Below, piece after piece: positions 46,291 to 55,069 of a DNA stretch of 64,000 nucleotides (its first letter is position 1; each line of letters begins with the position of its first letter). Location: NCBI GenBank assembly GCA_004376375.1, contig SOJX01000015.1, positions 2,324 through 66,323 of the forward strand, given 5' to 3'. Position numbers and translations under genes: made by a program. The stretch is from Planctomycetota bacterium (GTDB lineage: Bacteria; Planctomycetota; E44-bin39). The notes under the pieces were generated by a model. It was not told where the DNA came from. It ran no database searches and saw only the letters and a program-made list of their open reading frames with translations.

Positions 46291-46472
46291 CATTAAATTT
46301 GCTTGCGGCAGTTCGCAGACGGAAGTAAAATACTGGAAAATTACCCAACTGCGGTTGTGGGGAATTCTATGCGGGAAATCTCGGTTAAGGATATCCTGAA
46401 CACGAACTCCCCGGAAGGCGGCTCGGCTGTCTCTGGAATAAGTTTATAACCTTGCTGGACCGAGGACGAATC

Positions 46473-48368
46473 ATGATTGAGTTTGTAAGGAGAATCGGTG
46501 AGGGCGAAGCAAAATCATTTTATATAAACTTGACTGATAATATTACGGGGCCAAAGAAGGAAAAATATGGAAAGCATTTAAACATAGAACACGGTGAGAA
46601 AATAGTGGTGATAGATGGTAGTGGGCGGAAATATGAAATAGTAAAACACCATGGGAATCAATTGTGGGGGCCAAGATTACATAATTGGTTTATGCAAAAT
46701 GGCGTTTCAGCCGGCACGGTTATCCAGATTGGATTTAATCCAATGGAGACTATTGAAAGCTGTCCGGTTATCCATTTGCAACCAATGGAAACTATTGAGG
46801 ATTGTCCGGTTGTCCATTCGCGACCAATGGAAAAAGCTGGGTTAGTATTGGAGAAGGACGAATCAGATTCCCCAACAATGAGTCAGGTTGCACAGTCTTC
46901 GGAGCAAGTAACATCAAAACATCGCCCATCTGTGGACACGAAAGGGGAACCGGAAATGAATTCTCTTGAAAAGGATGATAAGAGAAATAAAATATTGCAT
47001 CAACATAACGGTATGTGCTTCGTTTGCGAAGAAGAAATTATGGATGGCGAAAATTGGGATATAGACCATATAAAGGCTAGGCATGGGCCAGAAATGGGGT
47101 CGGATGATATATCAAATTTTGCGCCGGCGCATTCGAGGTGTAATAAACGGAAGGGAATTAAGCCGTTGCTTACGATAAGAAATCAATTCAGAGTCGAGAA
47201 AAATTTCAATGAGGATTTTGCAAAGATACTACCCGAATATGAAAAAGCGGATGTAGTAATTGACAAGAGCAATATACAGGTTTTATTTAATGGTGTTAGA
47301 ATTCCCCTTTACCATTGCAGATGCAGCAATGTTTACTTTTTTTACCATACAATACCGACAAAACACATCAAGAAGGATGCTGTGATACAACCGCGGCCCT
47401 TGTATAAGGATAAACTTACTCGGCTTGGAGAGCACTTGCAGAACAACTTTCAACTATCGCCGTCTGTGGGCAGGCTGGAAGATAATGAAGTGCTGATATT
47501 TGATGGGCAACATAAAATTGCCGCCCAAATCCTGTGGAATGGGCTTGAAGAAGTTGAGTGTAAAGTGTTGGTTGGGACTGATAGAAGAATGATTGATAAT
47601 GTAATAGAACAGGGACATGGGCCACTTAGGCAAATGTCATTCAAATCAAGCGAACTGGGGCGAAAGCTAAAAGCACAATTTGGAGAACATATTGAAATGT
47701 GGAAGAAAAACAATCCGGGTAAGGACCCGAGCGAAAAGGACATATTCTTCGAGCAATTACGTTATAGTAAAAGCCAGCGAAGAAAAGCTATTATCCGTCT
47801 GCGCGCAGAAAGCGTTAAAGATATTTCTACAATAAAAGATTATATATCTAAAAGGAAAGATAAACGGTTTCCGCTCACGGACTTGATGTTCGAGAAAATA
47901 ATTAAGGCGTTCGCGAATATTGAGCCATTAGAAGTCCCAATGGAATCAGAAAATGATCTTAGAAGCGAAGAAGAAAGAAATTTGGCTTTTCTCTTAGACA
48001 GGATATTCGATTTCAGTCTAAAAGACAATTGGCCCCACGATGGTAGATTCATTACCGAACAGCATAAGGTGGTTAGGAATCAATATCGCGAGCAACCATT
48101 TGAAGTTTGGATATATCTATTAAATGAAGCGCTTCATTATTTGTGCGGAAAAGCTTCTGACGAATCAGTTTGCTATTCCAAAGAATGGGATGACGTACTA
48201 AAGAGCAAAATATCAAGAGCCGTAAAATTCTTATTTGAGCATTCTGCGTGGCTCGCTCCAGAAATCGAACCGTTGTTTTATTCTAAAAAGAAGGAGGACA
48301 TTTTAAATAAATTATCTAGTTATGATTTAACGCATAACAGTATCCATAATGCGGCAGTCAAAGTATAA
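46473..48368 (+). CDS. HNH nuclease fused to a DGQH(K/R) ParB/DndB-like domain (defence-like)
   Basis: ATG 46473 after GAGGA. HNH: CFVCEEEI..WDIDHIKARHG..NFAPAHSRCNKRKG. Later IQPRPLYKD..VLIFDGQHKIAAQILWNG (DGQHR/DGQQR-type motif). Visibly AT-rich compared with its flanks. Confidence 0.7.
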   Translation: MIEFVRRIGEGEAKSFYINLTDNITGPKKEKYGKHLNIEHGEKIVVIDGSGRKYEIVKHHGNQLWGPRLHNWFMQNGVSAGTVIQIGFNPMETIESCPVIHLQPMETIEDCPVVHSRPMEKAGLVLEKDESDSPTMSQVAQSSEQVTSKHRPSVDTKGEPEMNSLEKDDKRNKILHQHNGMCFVCEEEIMDGENWDIDHIKARHGPEMGSDDISNFAPAHSRCNKRKGIKPLLTIRNQFRVEKNFNEDFAKILPEYEKADVVIDKSNIQVLFNGVRIPLYHCRCSNVYFFYHTIPTKHIKKDAVIQPRPLYKDKLTRLGEHLQNNFQLSPSVGRLEDNEVLIFDGQHKIAAQILWNGLEEVECKVLVGTDRRMIDNVIEQGHGPLRQMSFKSSELGRKLKAQFGEHIEMWKKNNPGKDPSEKDIFFEQLRYSKSQRRKAIIRLRAESVKDISTIKDYISKRKDKRFPLTDLMFEKIIKAFANIEPLEVPMESENDLRSEEERNLAFLLDRIFDFSLKDNWPHDGRFITEQHKVVRNQYREQPFEVWIYLLNEALHYLCGKASDESVCYSKEWDDVLKSKISRAVKFLFEHSAWLAPEIEPLFYSKKKEDILNKLSSYDLTHNSIHNAAVKV

Positions 48369-48554
48369 ATTGTTCTGGAGGGGGATTTCCTGAATTTTGC
48401 TGAAGTAAAGGTGGTGACTTGGGTAGCGTTTGAGTAATCGCAATCACGGGCAAGATGCCCGTGCCACAACGCGCGCCGCAAGCGGCGCGGCTAAATAAAA
48501 CAAAAATAATATGACCCGGGACACGGGACTTGTTTCTTTACATCAGATTTTTTC

Positions 48555-48582
48555 TTGCCGCGTTGCGGTGAATTGCTATAAT
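48555..48582 (+). promoter_or_regulatory. Sigma70-like promoter: TTGCCG, 16 nt, (TGc)TATAAT
   Basis: -35 at 48555-48560, an extended -10 TG at 48574-48575, TATAAT at 48577-48582. About 75 nt upstream of top6B. Confidence 0.5.
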
Positions 48583-48658
48583 AACGCTGTCTGAGAGGGG
48601 GCCGTCCGTGAGTATAAACCCCTATTAGATATGAAATCTCAGCACCCGGGGTGATATT

Positions 48659-50632
48659 ATGGCCAAAGCGAAGCGAAAGAAAAAGGCGAAACCCGCGAAG
48701 AAAAAGCCTGCGAAGAAACGGGCCAAAGCGAAAAAGAAAAAGCCGGCAAAGCGCAAGCCCGCGAAGAAGAAAGCGAAAAAGGGCGCAAAGCGCGGCAAAA
48801 AGAAACCGGCTGCAAAGCCACGGCGCAGGAAAAAGAAAGACAGGCTTACGCCGCGGCTGCCGTTCGTCGAGGAGCGGCCCGCAGTTTCCGCGCCGAAGAG
48901 CAGGAGCCGGAAGCAGGTAAAGGCGGCGCGCGACGCGCAGCCCGCTCCCGAGCCCGTGCCGGAGCCGAAAATTCCGAAGAGCAGGAAAAAGGGACGCATT
49001 ACCGCCGACGTCCTCGCCCGCAGGCAGCGCGAGATTTCCGTTTCAGAATTTTTCAGAAAGAACCGCCACCTCCTCGGGTTCGACAACCCGACCAAGGCGC
49101 TCCTTACGACGATAAAGGAAGCGGTCGACAACGCCATCGACGCGTGCGAGGAGGCGCGCATCTTGCCGACCATCGACGTGACCGTCCGGCCGACGGCTGA
49201 GAACCGTTTCCGCATCGCGGTGACGGACAACGGGCCGGGCATCGTGAAGGCGCAGATACCGAAGATTTTCGGCAAGCTGCTTTACGGCTCGAAGTTCCAT
49301 TCGTTCAAGATGTCGCGCGGGCAGCAGGGGATCGGCATCTCCGCGGCCGGGATGTACGGCCAGATGACGACCGGCAAGCCCACGCTTATCGTTTCAAAGA
49401 CCGGTCGCAAACGCCCCGCCAACGTTTTCGAGGTCGTCGTAAATGCAAAGAAAAACAAGCCCGACGTTATAAGCGAGGACACGACCGAGTGGGACGTGCC
49501 GCACGGGACGCGCGTGGAGATCGAGCTCGAGGGGCGCTACACGAAGGGCTCGCGCTCGGTCGACGATTACCTGAAGGCGACCGCCATCGCCAACCCGCAC
49601 TGCGAGCTGACCTATACGAACCCGCAGGGCGAGCGGTTCCGTTTCAAGCGCGCGACCGACGAGCTGCCGCCGGAGCCGCGCGAGATAAAACCGCATCCCT
49701 ACGGCGTCGAGCTCGGCGTGCTCATCGAGATGCTGCACGCGACCAGGGCGCGTAACATGTTCGGCTTTTTCCGCAGAGAGTTTTCCCGCGTATCCCCGAA
49801 AATCGCCCGGGAAATTCTCGAGAAGGCGAAAATTTCCGAGAAAGCGTCGCCGAAACGAATCGCCCGGCAGGAAGCGGACGCGCTCTCAAAAGCTATCCCG
49901 CAAGTCAAGATAATGTCGCCGCCGACGGACTGCATTACCCCGATCGGGGAGGAGTTGATTCTCGCGGGCCTGAAAAAGGAGATCGAAGCCGAGTTCTACA
50001 CGGCGGTGACGCGCAAACCGTCGGTCTACCGCGGCAACCCGTTCCAGATCGAAGTCGGCCTCGCGTGGGGCCGGACTAAAGAGGAACGAGCCGGGAAAGA
50101 CAAAACGCAGGCCGACGACGGGATCATCGGCAGCAAGAACGGGACCAGGAACGGCGGCGGTTCGCTTGCGAAACTGCTGCGGTTCGCGAACCGCGTTCCG
50201 CTGCAGTACCAGCAGTCGGGGTGCGTGATAACGAAGACGATAACGAAGACCGACTGGCGCGGTTACAAGGTGCCGCAGTCGCGCGGCGCGCTGCCGTCGG
50301 GCCCGCTCGTGATTCTCGTTCACATGGCGAGCGTGTGGGTGCCGTTCACTTCCGAGTCGAAGGAGGCAATCGCGTCGTATCCCGAGATCGAGAAAGAAGT
50401 CCGCCTCGGCCTGCGCGAGTGCGGGCGGAGACTCGCGGTCCACCTCTCGCGCAAGCGCAGGGAAGCCGAGGTCGCGAGGAAGCGCAGTCATATCGAGCTG
50501 TACATCCCGCACATCGGCGTCGCGCTCAAACAGATACTCGACCTCGACGACCGCAAGGAAAAGAAGATAGTTAGCAACCTGACGGAGATGCTGTACCGCT
50601 CGCACCTGGACGCGAAGAAGGGAGCATCATAA
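48659..50632 (+). CDS. top6B: DNA topoisomerase VI subunit B with about 90-aa Lys/Ala/Pro-rich N-terminal tail
   Basis: Bergerat-fold boxes EAVDNAIDA, VTDNGPGI and SRGQQGIGIS. N-terminus MAKAKRKKKAKPAKKKPAKKRAKAKKKKPAKRKPAKKKAKK. Confidence 0.9.
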   Translation: MAKAKRKKKAKPAKKKPAKKRAKAKKKKPAKRKPAKKKAKKGAKRGKKKPAAKPRRRKKKDRLTPRLPFVEERPAVSAPKSRSRKQVKAARDAQPAPEPVPEPKIPKSRKKGRITADVLARRQREISVSEFFRKNRHLLGFDNPTKALLTTIKEAVDNAIDACEEARILPTIDVTVRPTAENRFRIAVTDNGPGIVKAQIPKIFGKLLYGSKFHSFKMSRGQQGIGISAAGMYGQMTTGKPTLIVSKTGRKRPANVFEVVVNAKKNKPDVISEDTTEWDVPHGTRVEIELEGRYTKGSRSVDDYLKATAIANPHCELTYTNPQGERFRFKRATDELPPEPREIKPHPYGVELGVLIEMLHATRARNMFGFFRREFSRVSPKIAREILEKAKISEKASPKRIARQEADALSKAIPQVKIMSPPTDCITPIGEELILAGLKKEIEAEFYTAVTRKPSVYRGNPFQIEVGLAWGRTKEERAGKDKTQADDGIIGSKNGTRNGGGSLAKLLRFANRVPLQYQQSGCVITKTITKTDWRGYKVPQSRGALPSGPLVILVHMASVWVPFTSESKEAIASYPEIEKEVRLGLRECGRRLAVHLSRKRREAEVARKRSHIELYIPHIGVALKQILDLDDRKEKKIVSNLTEMLYRSHLDAKKGAS

Positions 50633-50657
50633 GAATTCAAAATTCAAAATTATGAAT
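50633..50657. repeat. Left arm of a perfect 25-bp inverted repeat GAATTCAAAATTCAAAATTATGAAT
   Basis: Reverse complement is found at 51074-51098. Starts immediately after the top6B stop. Confidence 0.9.
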
Positions 50658-50691
50658 GCAAAAAATTACAGACGGAGATACCCAGAGAAAA

Positions 50692-51060
50692 ATGAAAAAC
50701 AAAAAACCGAGAGATATTCGTAAGCGGGTTTTTGAATACTCGTTGCGGGCGATTAAATTGTATCAGAGCCTGCAGGAGGGAAAAGACAGCGTCGGCTGGA
50801 TTATCAGTAAACAGTATCTAAGGTCTGCGACTGCCATCGGCGCTAATATGGAAGAAGCGCAGGCGGGCGAGAGCCGTAAGGATTTTATTCACAAGTGTTC
50901 AATAGCTTTGAAAGAGGGCAGAGAAAGCCTGTACTGGCTCCGCCTTCTTGCAGAATCAGGAATTATTGCCAAGGAACGAATAACACCGCTTATCGCGGAA
51001 ACGGAAGAGTTAGTCGCCGTTATCGCTAAAATTATTATAAATACGAAAAAGAAAAAATAG
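50692..51060 (+). CDS. Four-helix-bundle protein (23S rRNA intervening-sequence protein family)
   Basis: KQYLRSATAIGANMEEAQAGESRKDFIHKCSIALKEGRESLYWLRLL is the family signature. Start could be 50656 or 50692. Confidence 0.8.
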   Translation: MKNKKPRDIRKRVFEYSLRAIKLYQSLQEGKDSVGWIISKQYLRSATAIGANMEEAQAGESRKDFIHKCSIALKEGRESLYWLRLLAESGIIAKERITPLIAETEELVAVIAKIIINTKKKK

Positions 51061-51073
51061 ATTTAATTTCATA

Positions 51074-51098
51074 ATTCATAATTTTGAATTTTGAATTC
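51074..51098. repeat. Right arm of the 25-bp inverted repeat ATTCATAATTTTGAATTTTGAATTC
   Basis: Exact reverse complement of 50633-50657. Confidence 0.9.
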
Positions 51099-51112
51099 CC
51101 ACTTTTGCAACG

Positions 51113-52363
51113 ATGGAGTCGACAATGCCAAAGAAAAAATCCAAGCCAAAGAAGAAGAAACCTGCTGCGAAGGTGAAGAAGCCGAAGTCGCGCAAGCCCA
51201 GGGTTAAGGCGGCGAGGAAGAAATCGTCGGAGCTGCGGATATCGTCGCGCAAGCGGAAGAAGCCGAAGCGTGGGACGATTGACGCGAAGACGTCGAGATC
51301 TATCGAAGGCGAGGCAGGCGGAATCCATAAGGATATCGTGCGCTGGAAGAAACCGACGATGAGGATACCCATCCGCTCGCTTTCCAACGTCCGCTACAAC
51401 CCGACCGAGGGATACTTCGCGCTCAAGCGCGGGCGCAAGGAGCGGACGCTGACCTACAACACGGTGAAAACGTTCGCGCAGTCTCTGCGCATGATGGCGG
51501 TCGCCAAGGAGCTTATCGAGACCGACGACATCGCGACCAAGCGGGAGATGTACTACATCTCGAAGAACTGGGAGGAGTGCCGCTTCAACGAGCAGCCGGA
51601 GAGCGACACCGTGATGGACGATATCGAGGCGTTCTTCCTCGTGAACCGGGAGCAGCTCCACTTCGTGCCCGAGGAGAAGGGCGGCGACGTTGCGGGAAGA
51701 TTAATCGTCATCGACCAGGACCCGGCGACGGGGAAGGACATCCACATCGACTGCACGAAGTTCGGCTCGGGCGCGTACTCGGTCCCGACCTCGGTCGAGG
51801 GCCTGAAGTTCGAGACAAAGGCGAAGTTCATCCTCGCCATAGAGACCGGCGGCGCGTTCCAGCGCCTCGTCAAGCACGGCTACTACAAGAAAGCGAACTG
51901 CATCCTGGTGAACATGGGCGGCGTGCCGACCCGCGCGTGCCGGAGGTTTATCAGGCGGTTATCCGAGGCCCACAAGCTGCCGGTCTACGTTTTCACCGAC
52001 GGCGACCCGTACGGGTACATGAACATCTACCGCACGCTGAAGGTCGGAAGCGGCAACGCCGGTCATATTAATAAATACTTCTGCGTGCCGTGGGCGAAGT
52101 TCCTCGGCGTTACGCCGGACGATATCAAGAAGTACAAGCTGCCGACCCATCCGCTCAAGGACGTGGACATCAAGCGCATCGACGATGCGATAAAGAACGA
52201 CCCGTTCGTCCACCACTACAAGGCGTGGCAGAACGCGCTTTTGAAACTGAAGAGCATGAAGGTGCGCGTGGAGCAGCAGGCGTTCGCCGCGCACGACCTC
52301 AACATGGTGGTGGACACGTACCTGCCGGAAAAACTCGCGAACAAGAAGGCCTTCCTGCCGTAA
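51113..52363 (+). CDS. top6A: DNA topoisomerase VI subunit A (Spo11-like) with Lys-rich N-terminal tail
   Basis: 5Y-CAP region TKREMYYISKNW. Toprim ILAIETGGAFQRL and VFTDGDPYGYMNIYR. N-terminus MPKKKSKPKKKKPAAKVKKPKSRKPRVKAARKK. Confidence 0.9.
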   Translation: MESTMPKKKSKPKKKKPAAKVKKPKSRKPRVKAARKKSSELRISSRKRKKPKRGTIDAKTSRSIEGEAGGIHKDIVRWKKPTMRIPIRSLSNVRYNPTEGYFALKRGRKERTLTYNTVKTFAQSLRMMAVAKELIETDDIATKREMYYISKNWEECRFNEQPESDTVMDDIEAFFLVNREQLHFVPEEKGGDVAGRLIVIDQDPATGKDIHIDCTKFGSGAYSVPTSVEGLKFETKAKFILAIETGGAFQRLVKHGYYKKANCILVNMGGVPTRACRRFIRRLSEAHKLPVYVFTDGDPYGYMNIYRTLKVGSGNAGHINKYFCVPWAKFLGVTPDDIKKYKLPTHPLKDVDIKRIDDAIKNDPFVHHYKAWQNALLKLKSMKVRVEQQAFAAHDLNMVVDTYLPEKLANKKAFLP

Positions 52364-52438
52364 AATCGTGGGGCAGACATTCCTGTCTGCCGCATTCGCC
52401 GGCCCGGGGAACCAGCGGGACGGCGAAGAAAATATATT

Positions 52439-52466
52439 GTAGGGGCAAGGCATGCCTTGCCCCTAC
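52439..52466. terminator. Perfect 28-nt palindrome GTAGGGGCAAGGCATGCCTTGCCCCTAC with T-runs on both strands
   Basis: Lies between convergent top6A and the methyltransferase gene. Preceded by hairpin GGCAGACA-TTCC-TGTCTGCC at 52372-52391. Confidence 0.65.
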
Positions 52467-52496
52467 ATTTTTATTGGGCGAAGCACGGCTTCGCTC

Positions 52497-53243
52497 CTAC
52501 ATTTTTCTGGAAGGTCGGTGGAGGACTGCGGCGAGGCTCAGGCCGAACGGTAAACTGAAATACTTGAGCAGACGTTTTTCAAAGGCAAATATGGATTCGA
52601 GGAGCCGGTTCGTTATCCCGGGTCTCAGAATGAAGTCGCTCCCCCCGGCGCCGCGGCCGGACGCGGTCAGCCGCACGAGCAGCGCAGGAAGAAAAAGGAG
52701 CGTATTGAAATACGAGCAGAATTCCACACTAAACCCGGCGCGCCTGCATATTCGCATGAGTGACGCTTTTTCGTAGCGGCGCAGGTGCCCCGTTGCGGCG
52801 TCATGATTACTCCAGAGCGAGCGCACGGCCGGGACCGTGATTATCGCGTTACCGCCGGGAGCGGTTATCCGATAACATTCGGCCACGGCGGCCGAGTCGT
52901 CTTCCAGGTGCTCCAGCACGTCGAGGCATAGAACAAGATCGAACCCGCCGTCGGGGAGCCCGGTTGCCTCGGCCGTTGCCTGGGAAACCGGGGCGCCGGC
53001 ATTGGAGCGCGCGGCGGCAACCATTTCAGGCGTGGCGTCGATTCCGACGACTTCTCCGAGTGCGGCAAACGCTTTCATGTTTGCGCCCGGGCCGCAGCCT
53101 ATGTCGGCAATGCGGGGCGCTCCGTCTTTTGCATTTTTTTTCACTGTCCGTCCGGCAATGTCGAGCAGTATCCGCCGCCGCGCCCGGAACCACCAGTGCT
53201 CGCGCTCATATTCTGCGTACATTTCCACAAATTCGGGATTCAT
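52497..53243 (-). CDS. Class I SAM-dependent methyltransferase
   Basis: Motif I IADIGCGPGANM and post-I VLCLDVLEHLED. Confidence 0.85.
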   Translation of the reverse strand: MNPEFVEMYAEYEREHWWFRARRRILLDIAGRTVKKNAKDGAPRIADIGCGPGANMKAFAALGEVVGIDATPEMVAAARSNAGAPVSQATAEATGLPDGGFDLVLCLDVLEHLEDDSAAVAECYRITAPGGNAIITVPAVRSLWSNHDAATGHLRRYEKASLMRICRRAGFSVEFCSYFNTLLFLPALLVRLTASGRGAGGSDFILRPGITNRLLESIFAFEKRLLKYFSLPFGLSLAAVLHRPSRKM

Positions 53244-53376
53244 CGCGCATTTCCCGGAAAAGCAAGGCGCGTATTAAGAGGCTCTTATCAGCCGGAATGA
53301 TTCATGCATGATTGTATAAAAGAAAGTCAAATCTTACAAATGCAATCTGTTGTTCTATCCCCAGCCGCGTGCGGTT

Positions 53377-54234
53377 TTACCGTTCATATTCAATCTGTAT
53401 CAGGTCGACCCATTCGTCGTTGCCGCAATAATTTAAGTACATCTCGCCGCCGGTAAGGTGCAGGTCGTACCCGTCTTTTATCCTCGGGAAATCGGACCAG
53501 CTCTTTTTTTTCGTTTTATACATCTGCTTCCCGTTTTCGTCGAGCCATCTCATGAAAAAGCTTTTCGGCGTGCTGTGCACTTCGAGTGTGATGAAGGTCT
53601 CAGCCTTGTATGGCCGGATAAGATCTTTTTCCAGCCTGGGTCTGTTCCATGAGGTCCATGAGTCCTTACTGAAGTCCCAGCTGGCTCCCGGTACTGAGCC
53701 GGAGCAGCCGGCGTCGAGCATTGTTTTTCCCCCGTGCCAGCCGCCTTCGCCGCCGCCGAGCTGCATGCCTGCCAGCCATTCAAGTGGCGCGCCGCCTCCG
53801 CTATACAGGCTGAATTGACCTTTTTTTGTCGCGTAAAGGGTAAGGCTCTGGCTCGCCTGTCTCGCCGAAACCACGTAATTGGCCGTTTTCACCCTGACGC
53901 GCGCGACAAAGTTCCTGGAAAGGTCGAGCGGAGTTTTGTAATACCACATGTGCGCGCAGTGGCGGGAACCTGACTGGTCGAAGAAGAGTTTGCCGTCGGC
54001 GACGGAATATTTTGTGCCGCCGCTTGTGATGATTCCGATTTCAGGCGGGATTTTGCCGTCAGTAAACGTTGCAAGAAAATCGCCTTCCACTTTGCTCGTG
54101 ACAATAAGTTTCCCCCGATGCTTGTACAGGAAGTATCCAACTATCGCCAGGCCGAACACCAGCAGGATCAGTAAAGTCGTGACTGCTGCAAGCCGTAGTG
54201 AAGAATCGGGTTTATCGCGGTTGTCAATACTCAT
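53377..54234 (-). CDS. Tandem paralog A: N-terminally anchored protein, possible jelly-roll/LamG-like ectodomain (function unknown)
   Basis: DSSLRLA + TM. Blocks KYSVADGKLFFDQ, AHMWYYKTPLDLSRNFVARVRVKTANYV and NDEWVDLIQIEYER, shared with the two upstream genes. Start overlaps the upstream stop by 11 nt. Confidence 0.75.
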   Translation of the reverse strand: MSIDNRDKPDSSLRLAAVTTLLILLVFGLAIVGYFLYKHRGKLIVTSKVEGDFLATFTDGKIPPEIGIITSGGTKYSVADGKLFFDQSGSRHCAHMWYYKTPLDLSRNFVARVRVKTANYVVSARQASQSLTLYATKKGQFSLYSGGGAPLEWLAGMQLGGGEGGWHGGKTMLDAGCSGSVPGASWDFSKDSWTSWNRPRLEKDLIRPYKAETFITLEVHSTPKSFFMRWLDENGKQMYKTKKKSWSDFPRIKDGYDLHLTGGEMYLNYCGNDEWVDLIQIEYER

Positions 54235-55069
54235 ACTTTACCTGAATAAGATCCACCCATTCGTCGTTCGTCCACCAGCTCGTGTACTCCTCCCCGCCGC
54301 AGAGATATATTTCCTCGCCCGCAGCGACTTTCGGCTGGTCGGCCCATTTCAGCGGCTTCGTTTGACAGAGAAGAGCACCATTCTGACCCAGAACACGGTA
54401 ATAATAACTTGAAGGCGTACTCCAAAGCTCTATTTTGATAAAAGTTTCCGCTGGGTATGGAGTAAATTTATCCATGGGTGGCGATGATGCTCCATCGCTC
54501 CAGGATTTACTCGTAAAATTCCAGTTGATTCCGGCACCAGTATTCGAAAATATGCAAAACATTGTCCGCCCACCATGTACCCCACCTTCGCCGCCGCAAA
54601 GTGATATACAGGTTACAAGATTAGCGTGACAGGCGCCGCCACCGTATAACTCAAACGTTTTATCAGGCGTTGCCCAGATAATCAGCGAGTGACAACCCTG
54701 CAGCGTACCCGCGACATAGTTGGCAGTCTTCGTCCGCACCCGGGCGACGAACGGCCTGGTCAGATCGAGCGGCTCGCTGTAATACCACATGTGGGCGTCG
54801 CGGGAGGACGAGCCCTGGTCGAAAAAGAGCTTGCCTTTTTCGACTGAGTATTTCGTGCTGCCGTTGGTAAGGATTACCAGTTTTTCGTCAATCTTTCCGT
54901 CGTCGAAGTTTTCGATGAAGTTACCTTTCACCGGTCCAAGCCGCTCGGGCAGCCGGCGGTAGACGTAAAACCCGCCGATGATGGCTCCGAAGACCACCAC
55001 AATAACAATGGTCGAGATTATCGCCAGCCGTAACGACGAGTCAGGTTTTTCTTTGGTTTCAGCGTTCAT
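54224..55069 (-). CDS. Tandem paralog B
   Basis: Same architecture and blocks (KYSVEKGKLFFDQ, AHMWYYSEPLDLTRPFVARVRTKTANYV, NDEWVDLIQVKYEY). 11-nt overlaps at both ends. Confidence 0.75.
   Translation of the reverse strand: MNAETKEKPDSSLRLAIISTIVIVVVFGAIIGGFYVYRRLPERLGPVKGNFIENFDDGKIDEKLVILTNGSTKYSVEKGKLFFDQGSSSRDAHMWYYSEPLDLTRPFVARVRTKTANYVAGTLQGCHSLIIWATPDKTFELYGGGACHANLVTCISLCGGEGGVHGGRTMFCIFSNTGAGINWNFTSKSWSDGASSPPMDKFTPYPAETFIKIELWSTPSSYYYRVLGQNGALLCQTKPLKWADQPKVAAGEEIYLCGGEEYTSWWTNDEWVDLIQVKYEY

Noticed and set aside
50656-51060. A nearby 23S rRNA gene, implied by the IVS-protein-family ORF.
   Set aside because: No rRNA-like sequence is in the window. Free-standing members of this family are common.
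48659-52363. Archaeal origin or contamination, suggested by topoisomerase VI.
   Set aside because: Flanking genes, sigma70-like promoters, Shine-Dalgarno sites and the same repeat families continue uninterrupted on both sides. The genes therefore belong to this bacterial replicon.
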